A stretch of DNA of 64,000 nucleotides from Camelus ferus (Eukaryota): contig NC_045697.1 of assembly GCF_009834535.1 (NCBI RefSeq), positions 57,290,001 to 57,354,000 of the forward strand, in the 5' to 3' direction. A model generated the notes under the pieces. It saw only the letters and a program-made list of their open reading frames with translations. It did not search any database and had not been told where the DNA came from. Every line of letters starts with the position of its first letter. The stretch's first letter is position 1. Position numbers and translations under genes: made by a program. Below are positions 53,041-64,000 of this stretch, piece after piece.

Positions 53041-54533
53041 CAGGCGGGATTTTCCAAATTTCTATGACACTTTCAAATCGAGATGAACTATCAATCCTTG
53101 TAAAACCTCCTCTTCAAAATAACTTTTAAAACTATCACCTGAGTAGTTTAGTGGGCAGCATGTGACTCTGACAGATTTTTAGATTTTTTAAACCAGGGAG
53201 AATAGCGTTCTCCAGTGACTACCTAACAGTTGCTAATAAATCCTTACACAGAATTCATTTTTATTGTCAAAGGCTGAAAGATTAACTGCTGGTAAGAACC
53301 AGAGAGAATAAAGGAAATCAAATGAGGAAGAGCTACTACTTGTTTTATAGTCTTTGGTACTTTACTGATGATATAAAAAATTGAGTAAGACACTATCTAA
53401 GAACAGAGTTAAAAGTCAGAAGTGTCATTGATTGATTTCTGGAGACTATCCCACATCAATTCAGGGAAGCAGAATAATTTGAAGTTGTCTTTTTAAAGCT
53501 TAAAACGTTGCCTGGATATTGTTCATTACAATTCATTAAAAGAGTTGCTCTAAGTCTTTGTTTTCTTTTAGCCTTCATTACTTAGTAACCAATACTACAG
53601 AAATAACTAATTCAATATTTTAAGTTCTCTATACATGTGTAAAAACAACAAAACAAAAATTACAGTCTCTTTCTTTACCTATGGAGCAAATAACAAATGA
53701 GGGCAACCAGTGGTTTCAAGATTCATTTTTAGACCCATGAATAATAAAATGTACCTGAGCCTCACTCTCTGGGACTGCATTTCCACCTGCAAGATATTTG
53801 AAAAACTGACATATTTGCATGATTATTTTAAATACATATATTTTTATTTCTTTTTTAAATCAGAGTTTGGAGGCCTATTTATACAAATCCTATTTATTTT
53901 AATTTATATGAATACCAACTTGTGGGTCATGAATTTTATATCTTTTTATACATAAAAATGTGAAATGTGAAGTGTGAAAGCTCTTCTTCAGTACTCTAAT
54001 ATCAGAGTGAATGTGGACTATTTGTGCTAATTTTAATTTGTTTTTCAAGTGAAATTGCTACTTTTGTATTATTGATGCAGAAAAATAAAACCAAAGCCAG
54101 TACAGAGATACATCTAAAATGGCACTATATAATTGGTACAATTACAGAAAATGGCAGAACTCACACATACAAATCTGACATTTTTCTTTCCTTCTTTTTT
54201 TCTCTCATTCTTTCTTCCTTTTTTATGCTTTCTCATTAATTTGGATAGACACTGAAGTAGACTAACATAGAAATTGTTTAGAAATCGGCTCCTGTGTTTC
54301 AGAGGTATCTATTTCAAACATCATGAAGAAAATAAAACAATGTCATAAAATTTTAAAAACATATATTTCATTTTTCTGTTTAGGCAGGTGAATAAAATGA
54401 AGTGTCTAGAGTATAGTTAGGTAGCCCTGCAGTCGAAACAAGAATATGATCTATGTTCTAGTTCTTGAAGTCTGTCTGCAAGAACTGAAGTTCTCTGGAA
54501 GAACTCAGGAGAATGGTGTTAAATGTTCTAAAG

Positions 54534-54734
54534 CAGCAGAGATGATGATGCAGTCAGACATTTGACAATGTCTAGAGGCATGTTTGGATGTCACAGCTGA
54601 GGGCAGTGATACTGGTATTTAGTGTACAGAAGCCAGGATGTTTCTAGACATCCTACAGTGCACAGGACAGCATCCTGCAGCAAAGAATGATTCAGTCCAA
54701 AAATGACCATAATAAGAAAATTTGAGAATCTCTG
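54534..54734. mobile_element. MER20 hAT-Charlie element
   Basis: gacatttgacaatgtctagag...gaagccaggatg...catcctacagtgcacaggacagc. CAG...CTG ends with degenerate 8-bp flanks ttctaaag/tcctagac. Confidence 0.85.
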
Positions 54735-56136
54735 TCCTAGACATTTAAGTGAATTTGTATTCCACAAATATTAAAATCTGTATATGAAGGCCACCACTAT
54801 AGGAATATTCTTACAATTTCTATATGTAAATTTCAAGAAAAATAATGTGATGTTAAAGAATAATTTAGGGCTTAATAGAATAAAACTGAATAAAATTGTA
54901 ATATTGCTTTCAGTGTTTCATAGTTAAACACTCATAAACATTTACAATTTATTGTTTTTATTATTGTTAAAACATATAAGTTTAAACTTAGATAATATAG
55001 ATATTAAATGTAGAGACAGTTTCTTTTTTATCTTATCAGGATGCCTTTGATTCTTGTCTGGTAACTCCCTGACATCTTGGCCTCTGTGGTTCCTGGCTTT
55101 GATCTCTGGGAGATTCCTCATTGTTTAGCATCCTCAATAGCAATACCTGAATTTGTTGGAGTGTTTGCTTCCTCACTAGCCAAACAACTTCCGAAGACTG
55201 CTTCTTGCTGATACATGCTTGAAAGCAAATGTTGCTTCAGGGACTGGACAAAGGCTTTTTTATAGAACATGTTTGTGTTTCCTTTGATAGTAAGATTTCC
55301 TCAGTGAAATAGTAAGTTTCTAATCTGTTTTTTTTCCTTTCACTTCCAAGTGCAAATAACCACACTCACAGATCCCTTCTGAACATAGATTTTCAGTCTG
55401 CTGACTCTTCTTTATTTGCTGTTTTCCATATCTGATCCATCCATTTATCTCTCATTTGCATTATGGCAAACTGAAGGACATTAAAACTATTAGCTTGGAA
55501 GCAAAAGCATCAGTCTCTAATAAAAACTTTATCATTGGCAGGTCCCCAATGTCTGGCCAAGAATGCCTAATTTAAGCCTGTTTAGGAAGATTCTTAGTGA
55601 AAATGTTTTCTTGATTTGGAAACCGCCTCATTGTCTGTCTCACTCTATTTATTTAGTTGCGGGTCTAGCATTTGCTCTTGGCAGAACTCTGTTCTCTTCA
55701 ATCACTTCTTGTGTTTAGGTTGATTCTTTCCTAATCTCTCTATTTCAGTAGTCCCTTGGTGAAAAAATAAAACACCGGAACACGCAAATAAATACTAATG
55801 ATATGAATCTACTATCTCCCTTAAAACTATAGACTTATGAGATATATGATATACCTTGCAAGTTGACATAGAATATTATGGTTTGTCATAGCATAAAAAG
55901 GAGCACATGCTTCCCAGCCTAGAATGTTTGTGTCTTTGCTAGCTATAGCTCAAGTACTAAGTCATGCCATATTGTTAGTTTTTCTTGTTGCTATACCCTA
56001 ATCCCAGGTACCAATTAATGTATTAATTAAAATATATGTTATACTTATTTAATAATGAGATCAAAAAATAAAGTGGCTCAAGTAAAACAGAAGCTTATTT
56101 ATCTCTTACCTAATAGTTAAGAGGTAGTACAAGGTA

Positions 56137-56193
56137 ATGTGTGTGTGTGTGGTGTGTATGTGTGTGTCTGAGTGTGTGTGTGTGAGTTGGTGT
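56137..56193. repeat. Imperfect (TG)n microsatellite
   Basis: Read directly. Confidence 0.9.
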
Positions 56194-56299
56194 GGAAGGA
56201 TTTGACAGAAGCTTCAAGGACTGTATTTCCTCTAGTGTCCTGGTTAATTGCAAATGAGATATTAATTTATGGACTACTGTTTTGATGTTGGACCTCTAG

Positions 56300-56688
56300 G
56301 AGGGTGCAAAGGGAAAGGCCTGTATACTTTAAGTTTCTGGCCTTGAAGCTATTGCAATTGTAAGGTCACTAAGTTGGCCAAGTTTTGTTTGAATTTGAGA
56401 GCTGCATGCTGGAGAACAGCAGACAGGAAGCTTTTATAGGACAAAGAATAAAAAACAAGGAAGAAAAAATAGAAAATATCTGATTGACTGGGGTCACATA
56501 GTCAGCTGTGTTTGGGGTAAGAAGGCCCAGAGCTGGCTTGACGTTTGGGGATTGGCTGGCTGGATATACTGTGTTTCTGGTCAAACAGATCATTTGCAGG
56601 GACATAGAAGTTCTCTAAGTTTCAGTTTGCTCATGTGGCACACTGGGCAGAAGGAGCTCCATCTTGGACCTAGATATTTGTTTCAACA
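56300..56688 (-). mobile_element. ERV1-class LTR (MER90/MER110-like)
   Basis: Minus strand starts TGTTGAAACAAATATCTAGGTCCAAGATGGAG, with a CCAAT box (~56551) and TATAAAAG (~56431-56438). Left boundary uncertain. Confidence 0.6.
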
Positions 56689-58769
56689 TTGGGCAGGAAA
56701 TTTGATTTTTTCCTAGGAGAAACTGAATTACCTAGAAAACCACTACAATCTTATATTTCGAGTTGCATAATGGCCATCTTGAATGATGTATTTTCATTGG
56801 GAGAGACTAAATTTTATTTCCTGAGATACTGGAAGATGTTTTTAAAGGATCTTTATGTGTAATTAAAATATTTTTATTTTTATTTCAAATATATGCCAAA
56901 AATCTTGTCTGCAATATAAAAATAGAAACATAAAATGGCAACACAGCCTAAATGAAGTAACCTGAAATAGGAATTTTTAAAGACATCACCACAGCGGTGT
57001 TTGGCTAAGTAAACAACAAAAGAGGTTGAATATCCTTTGACTTTTAGAAGTATTGTCTATTGGATGTTTTCATTTAAGCATTGATAGCTATTCAACTACA
57101 ACTGCCATTGCTCTTGCTCTTGGAATTTTTTATATCCCTTGAAACCATTTTCAAAGCAATGAGGAGCACTAACCAGCTACAAAATAGCACTGTTATATGA
57201 GACCAATGTGAATTACATCAATTCTTTTTAAAGTTTCATGTGATGGAGTAAGATAGTAGAAGGACTGTTTCTTACAGTGTGTCACACAATAGGTAGAATA
57301 TCATACCATTGTAGCAAATACAGTTGTTCCAATTCTGTATCACTACAAATTGAATTTTTATACATTTGTTTTTCTCATATAATAAGATCAGGCCAGTTAA
57401 CATCCTGGATAGGTTTGTCAGAATCAAACATGTAGAATCTGCAGTAGTTAGACAAAATTAGATAAACGTTGAGACATAAATATTATGGATTGTTAAATGG
57501 AAGCCAATCCTTTAAACCTAACAAAAACAAAATTTAATTTACACTTGGTTGGCATGTTTCAGTGAACAGATCTGTGTTAGATCAATTTAGTCATGTATTT
57601 TTATTTTAAAATGCAGAAAGAAAGTGAATGAATTTAATTTTCAGTAAACAGTTTTATATTTAAGAAGTCATTGCAATTAAAAATTTTTGAGTGTATTGTT
57701 TTAAATAGTAATTTTTGGCAAGCTTTTCTTTCAAGGAAATGTTGATATTTTCTAGGTTATTTAATTTCAACATAAATCCATTACATTCTTAATTTTTTAT
57801 GCAGCATTGCCAGGAGACAAGTATGTATATACTGAAATTGCATAATAAAAATGCAGTTATTTTAACATAACAGGGAATAGGAGTAAAAGAAGAAACCACA
57901 TGATTCAGAGAACTCAAAATATGAATTTTTTAGCAAAAAAATAAAGCAAAAGTTTATTTGGACTTGCTTATTCATATGCACTTGACAAAAATGAAGTAAA
58001 GTAGTAAAACAAATTATTTCCACATAGTAATAAGATTTTTTATTTTTTACATGAATTGGCATACATTCATTAAAAATTAATGTCCTTTGGAGAATAAAAC
58101 TCAAACTAAAGCACACACTCAGATGAAGATGAGAAAGTGAAGAAATTTTACATACCTACTCCAATCAGTGTTCTAAAATAAAAACTATTTAAAACAGATT
58201 GTGTGGTAACAGATATTTTTACATAGTTATACTATTCTGCAGTAATTATTCAGAAAGATAAAATGTATTTTCAAACTTTTTTTCTAGATTTTAAATCCAA
58301 AGAGGTGAAAAAACCCAAAATAATTAGAAAACATCTTGGCTTCTTTTTGTCTTAGCCAGTCAACTACTGAGCTTGCCATCACTATTTCATAGTTCTGTGT
58401 TGGTCCTCTGATTGGAATGTCTTTCCTCTTTTATCCATCCTGGTGTTTTACATATTCTTCAAGACCTAGTTAGATATCACCTTCCCTATGAAATCCTCCA
58501 CGTTTCTCCTAAGACATAGAGATGCCATCAGATCTTTATGACCACTTCTCCAACTAGACTGTAAGCAACCAAATGGCAGTAGCTGAATTTTATTTCCTAT
58601 TTCTGGAATTAAGAAACTTTAGTGCTTATTTCAAAAAAATGATATATAAATATTCATTTTTCCTTTTATTTCTTTTTCCTTTAAATTCAATGTCTTCAGT
58701 TCACATGTGATAAAATACCACAGATAATCGTAAATTATTGCTTTATTACTGTATGAATTGTTTAAATAT

Positions 58770-59383
58770 ATACTGTGTCAGAAAAGGATAAGTGCTATGG
58801 AGAGAAATAAATTGAGGTGAGTGAAATGGTGAATTATAAGAAACTGAGGTGCTATTTTATGGAGTATGGTCAATGGAAACTTGACTGACAAAGTGATGTT
58901 TGAAAAGAAACTTGAAGAAAGTGAAAGGAAGAGGCATGTCAGGTATCTCAGGGGTGAGCATTCCAGAGAGAGGGAACAGTAAGTACAAACCCCAGCACCA
59001 AACACATGATTAGCACGTTCAAGGAAGAGCAAGGAGGCCAGTAGAGGTGGAGCAAAGCCTAGAAATGGGTGAAGGAATGGAGAAGAAAAAATGAGGTCCA
59101 AGAAAAGCAGAGGGCTCATGAATGTGTGTGGTCTTATCCACCATAATAAAGACTTTGTTTTTTATCATGGTAAAGATGGGGGACTTCTAAAAGTTGTGAG
59201 GCATAGCATGAATTCTACATACATTCAAAGGAACAATATGACTATTTTGTGAAAAATAGATTTAGAAGAGAAAGAACAGAAACCTGGAGATCAGTTAGGA
59301 GACAATTGAATAATCTTGACAAGAGATGATGGTGGCTTGCAACAGGGTAGGAGAGGCAGAATAGTGAGAAGTGGCTAGATTTG
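58770..59383 (-). mobile_element. L2 fragment
   Basis: gagcattccagagagagggaacagtaagtacaaa and ggagatcagttaggagacaattgaataatc. Confidence 0.8.
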
Positions 59384-60373
59384 TTGTAGTTGTAAAGTAC
59401 CACAGACTGGTGAATTTATCTTCTAACACTTCTAGAGGCTAAAGTCCAAAATTAAGATGTTAGCAGGGTTGGGGCATGAGAAGGGCAGCGTCCCAGGATT
59501 CGGTTGAGCCCCTGGGATATGCCTCATCAAGCGTGGGCCCTTGGCTTCACAGCAGAAAAGAATTCAAGAGCGAGCCACAGTTGAGTAAATGTAGATTTAT
59601 TTAGAGAGATACATTGAAAGGCAAGAGAAAGGCCACAAGGTTTGGGGGTTGGGTGCTCAGATTAACAGTAAGTACACATTCCATAGACAGAATGCGGGCA
59701 GTCTCCAAAGAGGGAGGGGGGCAGCTGCGAGGCACCCTGTTGCTAGTTTTCATGGGCTTGGTGGCTTCAAATGCTAATAAGTGGAAGGACCAGTCTAAGT
59801 AGCCTGGGGAAGGGGCTGGGATTCCCAGGAAGTTGGCCATTTCCCACTCATTGATCTTTTGTGGCTATCCTTGGGACTGCCATGGTGACTGTGGGCATGT
59901 TATTCACCATGTTAATATATTAGGATGAACAGATAATGAAGCTCAAGATCTACTAGAAGTTAAATCTCTCATCATCCTGAGCCTCAAGGTCTACTGGGGG
60001 TTGAATCTTTCACCATTTTGATGTTAATTGCTGTAGCATTCCTTGAATGGCTGTGCTCTGCCCTCTTCCATCCTGTCTCATAAGGGCAGTGAAGGAAGAA
60101 TCTGTTCCAGGCCCCTTTCCATGAGTTTCTTATGGACATCTTCTCCCTATGTCTATTCACATTGTCCTCATTTTATGTTTGTATGTCTGACTCCAAATTT
60201 TCCCTTTTTATTAGGATAACAGTGGCATTGGATTAAGGCTCACCCTAAAGACCTCATTTTAACTTGATTACCTCCATAATCAAGACCCTATCTCCAAATA
60301 AGGTCACATTCTGATACTGAGGATCAGAACATTAACATATGAATTTTGTGAGAAGACAGTTCAACCCATAACA
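59384..60373 (-). mobile_element. MLT1A-C-like MaLR LTR split by an ERV LTR
   Basis: aaagtaccacagactgg...aagtccaaaattaagatgttagcaggg, resuming at 60081; then aagaccctatctccaaataaggtcacattctga and ttcaacccataaca. Confidence 0.85.
59477..60080 (-). mobile_element. ERV1-type solo LTR (copy A)
   Basis: TGAGA...TCTCA termini, 604 bp, minus-strand AATAAA at 59596-59601. Confidence 0.8.
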
Positions 60374-60714
60374 GGGTCCATGAGGAAAAGATTTTGACCA
60401 AGCATTTTGATTTAAGCAGAGGAATAGAATTAGTAATTATCTTCAGTACTCTTCATATTATCCATTCATTCAGTTTTCAACAAATACTTACCAAATGATT
60501 TGCTGTGTGAATACTTTTCTAAACACAATGAAAAAGATACCCAGACACTAAGCCCACATGATTGAACATTTTAATGAAACATTGCATGGGCATGCAGTTT
60601 CCTTCTCCTGAAGGACCTGCAATTCCCTTAGTACTCCATTTAAAATACTTCCCACATGCTCAAATAAAACTAAGGGGTAAAATCAGCATTTCCTCTCTGG
60701 GATGTTAGCTAACA

Positions 60715-60870
60715 ACAAACTTTCCTTGTCAGTTTTGGTAGGTCACTTGTCTCTTTGAGCCTCTGTCCCTTCCTCTGTAAATTGGGGGAGATACTTCTAC
60801 CTCATGAGATGATAGTCAGGATTAAATAAAATATTATATGCCCAAGTTATGTTCAGACATTTAGGAATGT
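60715..60870 (+). mobile_element. MIR
   Basis: gtcacttgtctctttgagcctctgtcccttcctctgtaaattggg...aggattaaata (MIR core). Confidence 0.75.
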
Positions 60871-61537
60871 TACCCTAAATGATGAACATTCTCAGGACAT
60901 CTGATCTTAATCCTATTGACCAGTGAAATGATTTGAGTAAATTGCCAGTCAGTTTGAGAATCAATTATGTCTGTGTTCTCTTGAATAAAAGGTTTAATAG
61001 AGGATATCACAAGGAACCTCTCTGCATCTTTGAGTTTGAAATGTTGATAATTATGTGATAGGAAAGAACAAAGCAAAACATTTTGTATGCTCAGAGCCTG
61101 GTATAGAGACAGCATAAACTTTAGTTACTATACACAAAATTACTTTCAAATGCAGGAGAGGGCCTGGTGTCTCATTCATGCCTACATTTACTCCCTGTAC
61201 CTTTATCAGGCCTACCAGAAGTCAAGTATACAAAACTTTTTGAAAATGAAACATTTAGGATATTGATAGAACAATGAAATATGAAAAGCAGAGTCTAGTT
61301 GGCTGCACATTTGTTCTCCCAGGCAAAAGAATCCCAGGGCAGTTAGAAGATGAGAGGAAAGACTGTGCTGGGGTCACCACAGGAGGCTTTGTGAGATGCA
61401 TGGCTACTGAGATGGTTCCTTATTCTTACAGTAAACACTGAAGGATGACACTGCACCCCACTAGGGTTGAAAAGGTGAGGGATATATGATTCTTACACAC
61501 AATCAGCTCATATTTTGGTCTCAGAGGCAAATGTATA

Positions 61538-61755
61538 GTAATAATCAATAGCATTTATTGACCCCTCAATATGTGCCAGGCATTGTTCTAAGTAATTTAT
61601 ATGGATTAATTCCTTTAATCCTGAAAACAACCTTATGAGGAATGGAAGCAGGTACTAAGAGTTTAGAAATGTGCCAAGGTCACAGAGCTAATAAGAAGTA
61701 TAGTTAATATTTGAATTCAGGCAATATGGCTCCAAAGCCTGCACTTTTAACCAGT
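61538..61755 (-). mobile_element. MIR
   Basis: gcatttattga...atgtgccaggcattgttctaag...ccaaggtcacagagcta...tttgaattcaggc. Confidence 0.85.
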
Positions 61756-62266
61756 GTGCCTTTTTGTTAATACGATTCTAATGTAGTGTGGTAAATAAAT
61801 AATAGACTCATAAATAAAGGTATAAATCAGAAAAAGAAAAGTGATCATATCCATCTGTGAGGTAGTTAAGAAAGATTTCACTGAGGTGGGGACCACAAGG
61901 TAGAATTTTGAAAGCTAAGCTGGAATTTTCCTAGACAGAGGAGTGGTTTACTCTCTGCAGGTTAAGGATATTGAATTCAACACAAGCTTAAAATCTGCTT
62001 CATCTCTGGAGTCTATTAAAATAAATGAGACACTGAAAGATTTTTGTTCCTTGTTAATTTGGGGCAAAGAGGGTGGCATAAAATCAGAAGGACTAACACA
62101 ATAGCAGAGAAGACAACGGAAACAAACCGAGAGAAGTGGGAAAACTCCGATGGAGAAGTGGGAACTATATTAAGAGGCCTAAGAAACAGCTTTTTGGCGA
62201 GGAAGTATGAGAAACACCTTATTTCTTTCACATAAGCCTCCTTATGTTCAGGATTTGATGTACCAG

Positions 62267-62686
62267 TATGATAGACTGCTAATGGCCATTCATATGCTAT
62301 AGCTGTAGTGGGATTTCTTTTCCCACTCCTTGAATGTAGGTGAGCCCTGTGGCTTACTTTGACCCCAGTGTGGCAGAAGTGGCATTATTTGAGGCCTGAG
62401 TATAGGCACAAGAGGCCATGCAGCTACTACTCATGTCCTCTTGAAATGCTATTGACAGATAAACAAACTTGTGTTAGAGAATGACAGACCACATGGAAAG
62501 CTTGTCCAGCTGAGGCACAAATACAAAGGAAGGCCAACCAATAATAACACATGAATCAGAAACAAGCCATTGCAATGGAGCTCCACCCAAACTATTGGCT
62601 CAGAATTATGAGCAAATAAATGCTCGACATTTTAAGTCACTACATTTTGGGGTGCTTTGTGACAGAGTAAAAAGCTAATTGATTCA
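62267..62686 (+). mobile_element. MLT1F-H-like MaLR LTR
   Basis: cccactccttgaat...tggcagaagtg and end tttaagtcactacattttggggtgctttgt...gctaattgattca. Confidence 0.75.
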
Positions 62687-62823
62687 GTAAGCTTTCACTA
62701 TTAGTAAAGAAGAAACAAAAGGTAAAAGCAGGAAGATTGAAAGTTTATGTAATAGACAGTGGATGCGCAGATCTAACCTACTTCACATGGTGGAACAGAA
62801 ATCTAGGGTTTTATTCTCTAGAG

Positions 62824-63443
62824 TGAGGAGGCTCTTTGATCTGTGGACACGAGGTGTTGACAAAGAATAGGTTCTTGCTTCACCCAGGAAATAATTCAAG
62901 AGCAAGACATAGTAAAGTGAAAGTAAATTTATTTAGAGAGAGACACACTCCAAAGACAAGGTATGGGCCATCTCACTCAGAAGGGAGAGCAGCTTAGAAG
63001 ATACACACCCCATAAGCAGAATGTGGACCATTTCAAAAAGCTAGAGGGAGAGAGACCAAGAGGTGTGGGGTGTTTAGCTTAAAGTAAAAGTAGATATACA
63101 CTCCATAGACAGAGTGCAGGCCACCTCAGAAGGCAAGAGAGACACAAGTTGTGGGGTGGTTAGCTTTTATGAGCTTGATAATTTCGTATGCTAATGAGTA
63201 GGAAGATTATTCCAACTATTTTGGGAAAGGGATGGGAATTTTCAGGAATTGGGTTCCCTTCCCACTTTTGGACTTTTCATAGTTAGCCTAGGAACTGTCA
63301 TGGCACCTGTGGGTACACCATGAGGCTCAGGGTCTACTGGAAGTCGGATCTTCTGCCATCTTGGTTTTAACCAGTTTGTCCTGTCCTCAATTGCTGTGTC
63401 ATTCCTTTGGTGATTATGCCCTGCCCTGTTCCCTCCTGTCTCA
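62824..63443 (-). mobile_element. ERV1-type solo LTR (copy B, related to copy A)
   Basis: TGAG...CTCA termini, 620 bp. Shares aattcaagagc, atttatttagagag, ccatagacaga and cctgtctca with 59477-60080. Confidence 0.8.
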
Positions 63444-64000
63444 CAGGAACAATCAAAGATAATAGGGACAATACTAACATATGATTATTCAGAGAAAGGT
63501 GATTAATGAAAAGACTTGGAGCAATTTTATGCATTTCTCTCTCAAACTCTGTCAGTCAGGCCTTTGCCCATTACTGAGAAGATCATAAGAACATTCACTG
63601 GAGAATATGACCAACTCAAGAGAAAGATCTTAAAAATACTACCATTATGATATGTAGGTATAATTACAATTTTGTTCAACAAATAATCCCCTTATCACTA
63701 GAAGCCATACTACCATCACCATTCCTGGTCTCTATGGGAGAAGCCCACTTCTCCTACCCACCCTCTACTGATGCTGAATTTGCCAAGGAACTTAAGTGAT
63801 GTAGGCTACTATTTCATTTGTTTACCATGGCGACAATAACTGATACAAAGTGTTCTGTGAGATTTGGGCCTAGACACATCATCCTAGAATGAGATAAAAA
63901 TGAGTAGCAGTATAAACACTGGGTATCAACTGTATTGATACCAGGGACTAAGAAGGACACTTTTTGAAGAAATGCTGTATCTCCAAATTTCTTGACGTCA

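Noticed and set aside
55147..55243. Possible 97-bp minus-strand exon (tttgtccag / gtattg, one open frame)
   Set aside because: Weak splice signals and no recognisable protein; cannot be supported without RNA or conservation data.
59477..63443. A single provirus bounded by paired LTRs
   Set aside because: The LTRs are too different, and the spacer holds the rest of an MLT1 plus MIRs, with no PBS, PPT or gag/pol.
1..64000. Prokaryotic-type systems (CRISPR, operons, defence islands), tRNA/rRNA genes, CpG-island promoter
   Set aside because: The sequence is mammalian repeat-rich DNA; no repeat-spacer array, structural RNA gene or CpG island is visible.

Overview
AT-rich, CpG-poor eutherian mammal genomic DNA, probably a gene desert or the interior of a very large intron. 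It is most likely camelid (inferred from the L1 3' ends and the lack of Alu, BovB/Bov-tA, PRE1, SINEC or ERE SINEs). I found no credible protein-coding gene: the recognisable ORFs are broken LINE-1 ORF2 pieces or their antisense shadows, and the rest are chance ORFs. Most recognisable sequence is layered transposable-element debris (L1 of several ages, L2, MIR, MaLR/ERVL/ERV1 LTRs, hAT elements). The best observations are (1) a probable 3'UTR-only HNRNPA3 retrocopy abutting an antisense L1 fragment at 51.5-52.6 kb, (2) a multiply nested L1 pile at 10.3-14.1 kb containing a tail-less L1 insertion with a target deletion, (3) a young 1.9-kb L1 with a candidate 19-nt 3' transduction, and (4) a 150-bp twin-primed inverted L1 with a perfect 15-bp TSD. 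I see no evidence for a new biological system. Repeat family names are from memory of consensus sequences and boundaries are approximate; no search was run.
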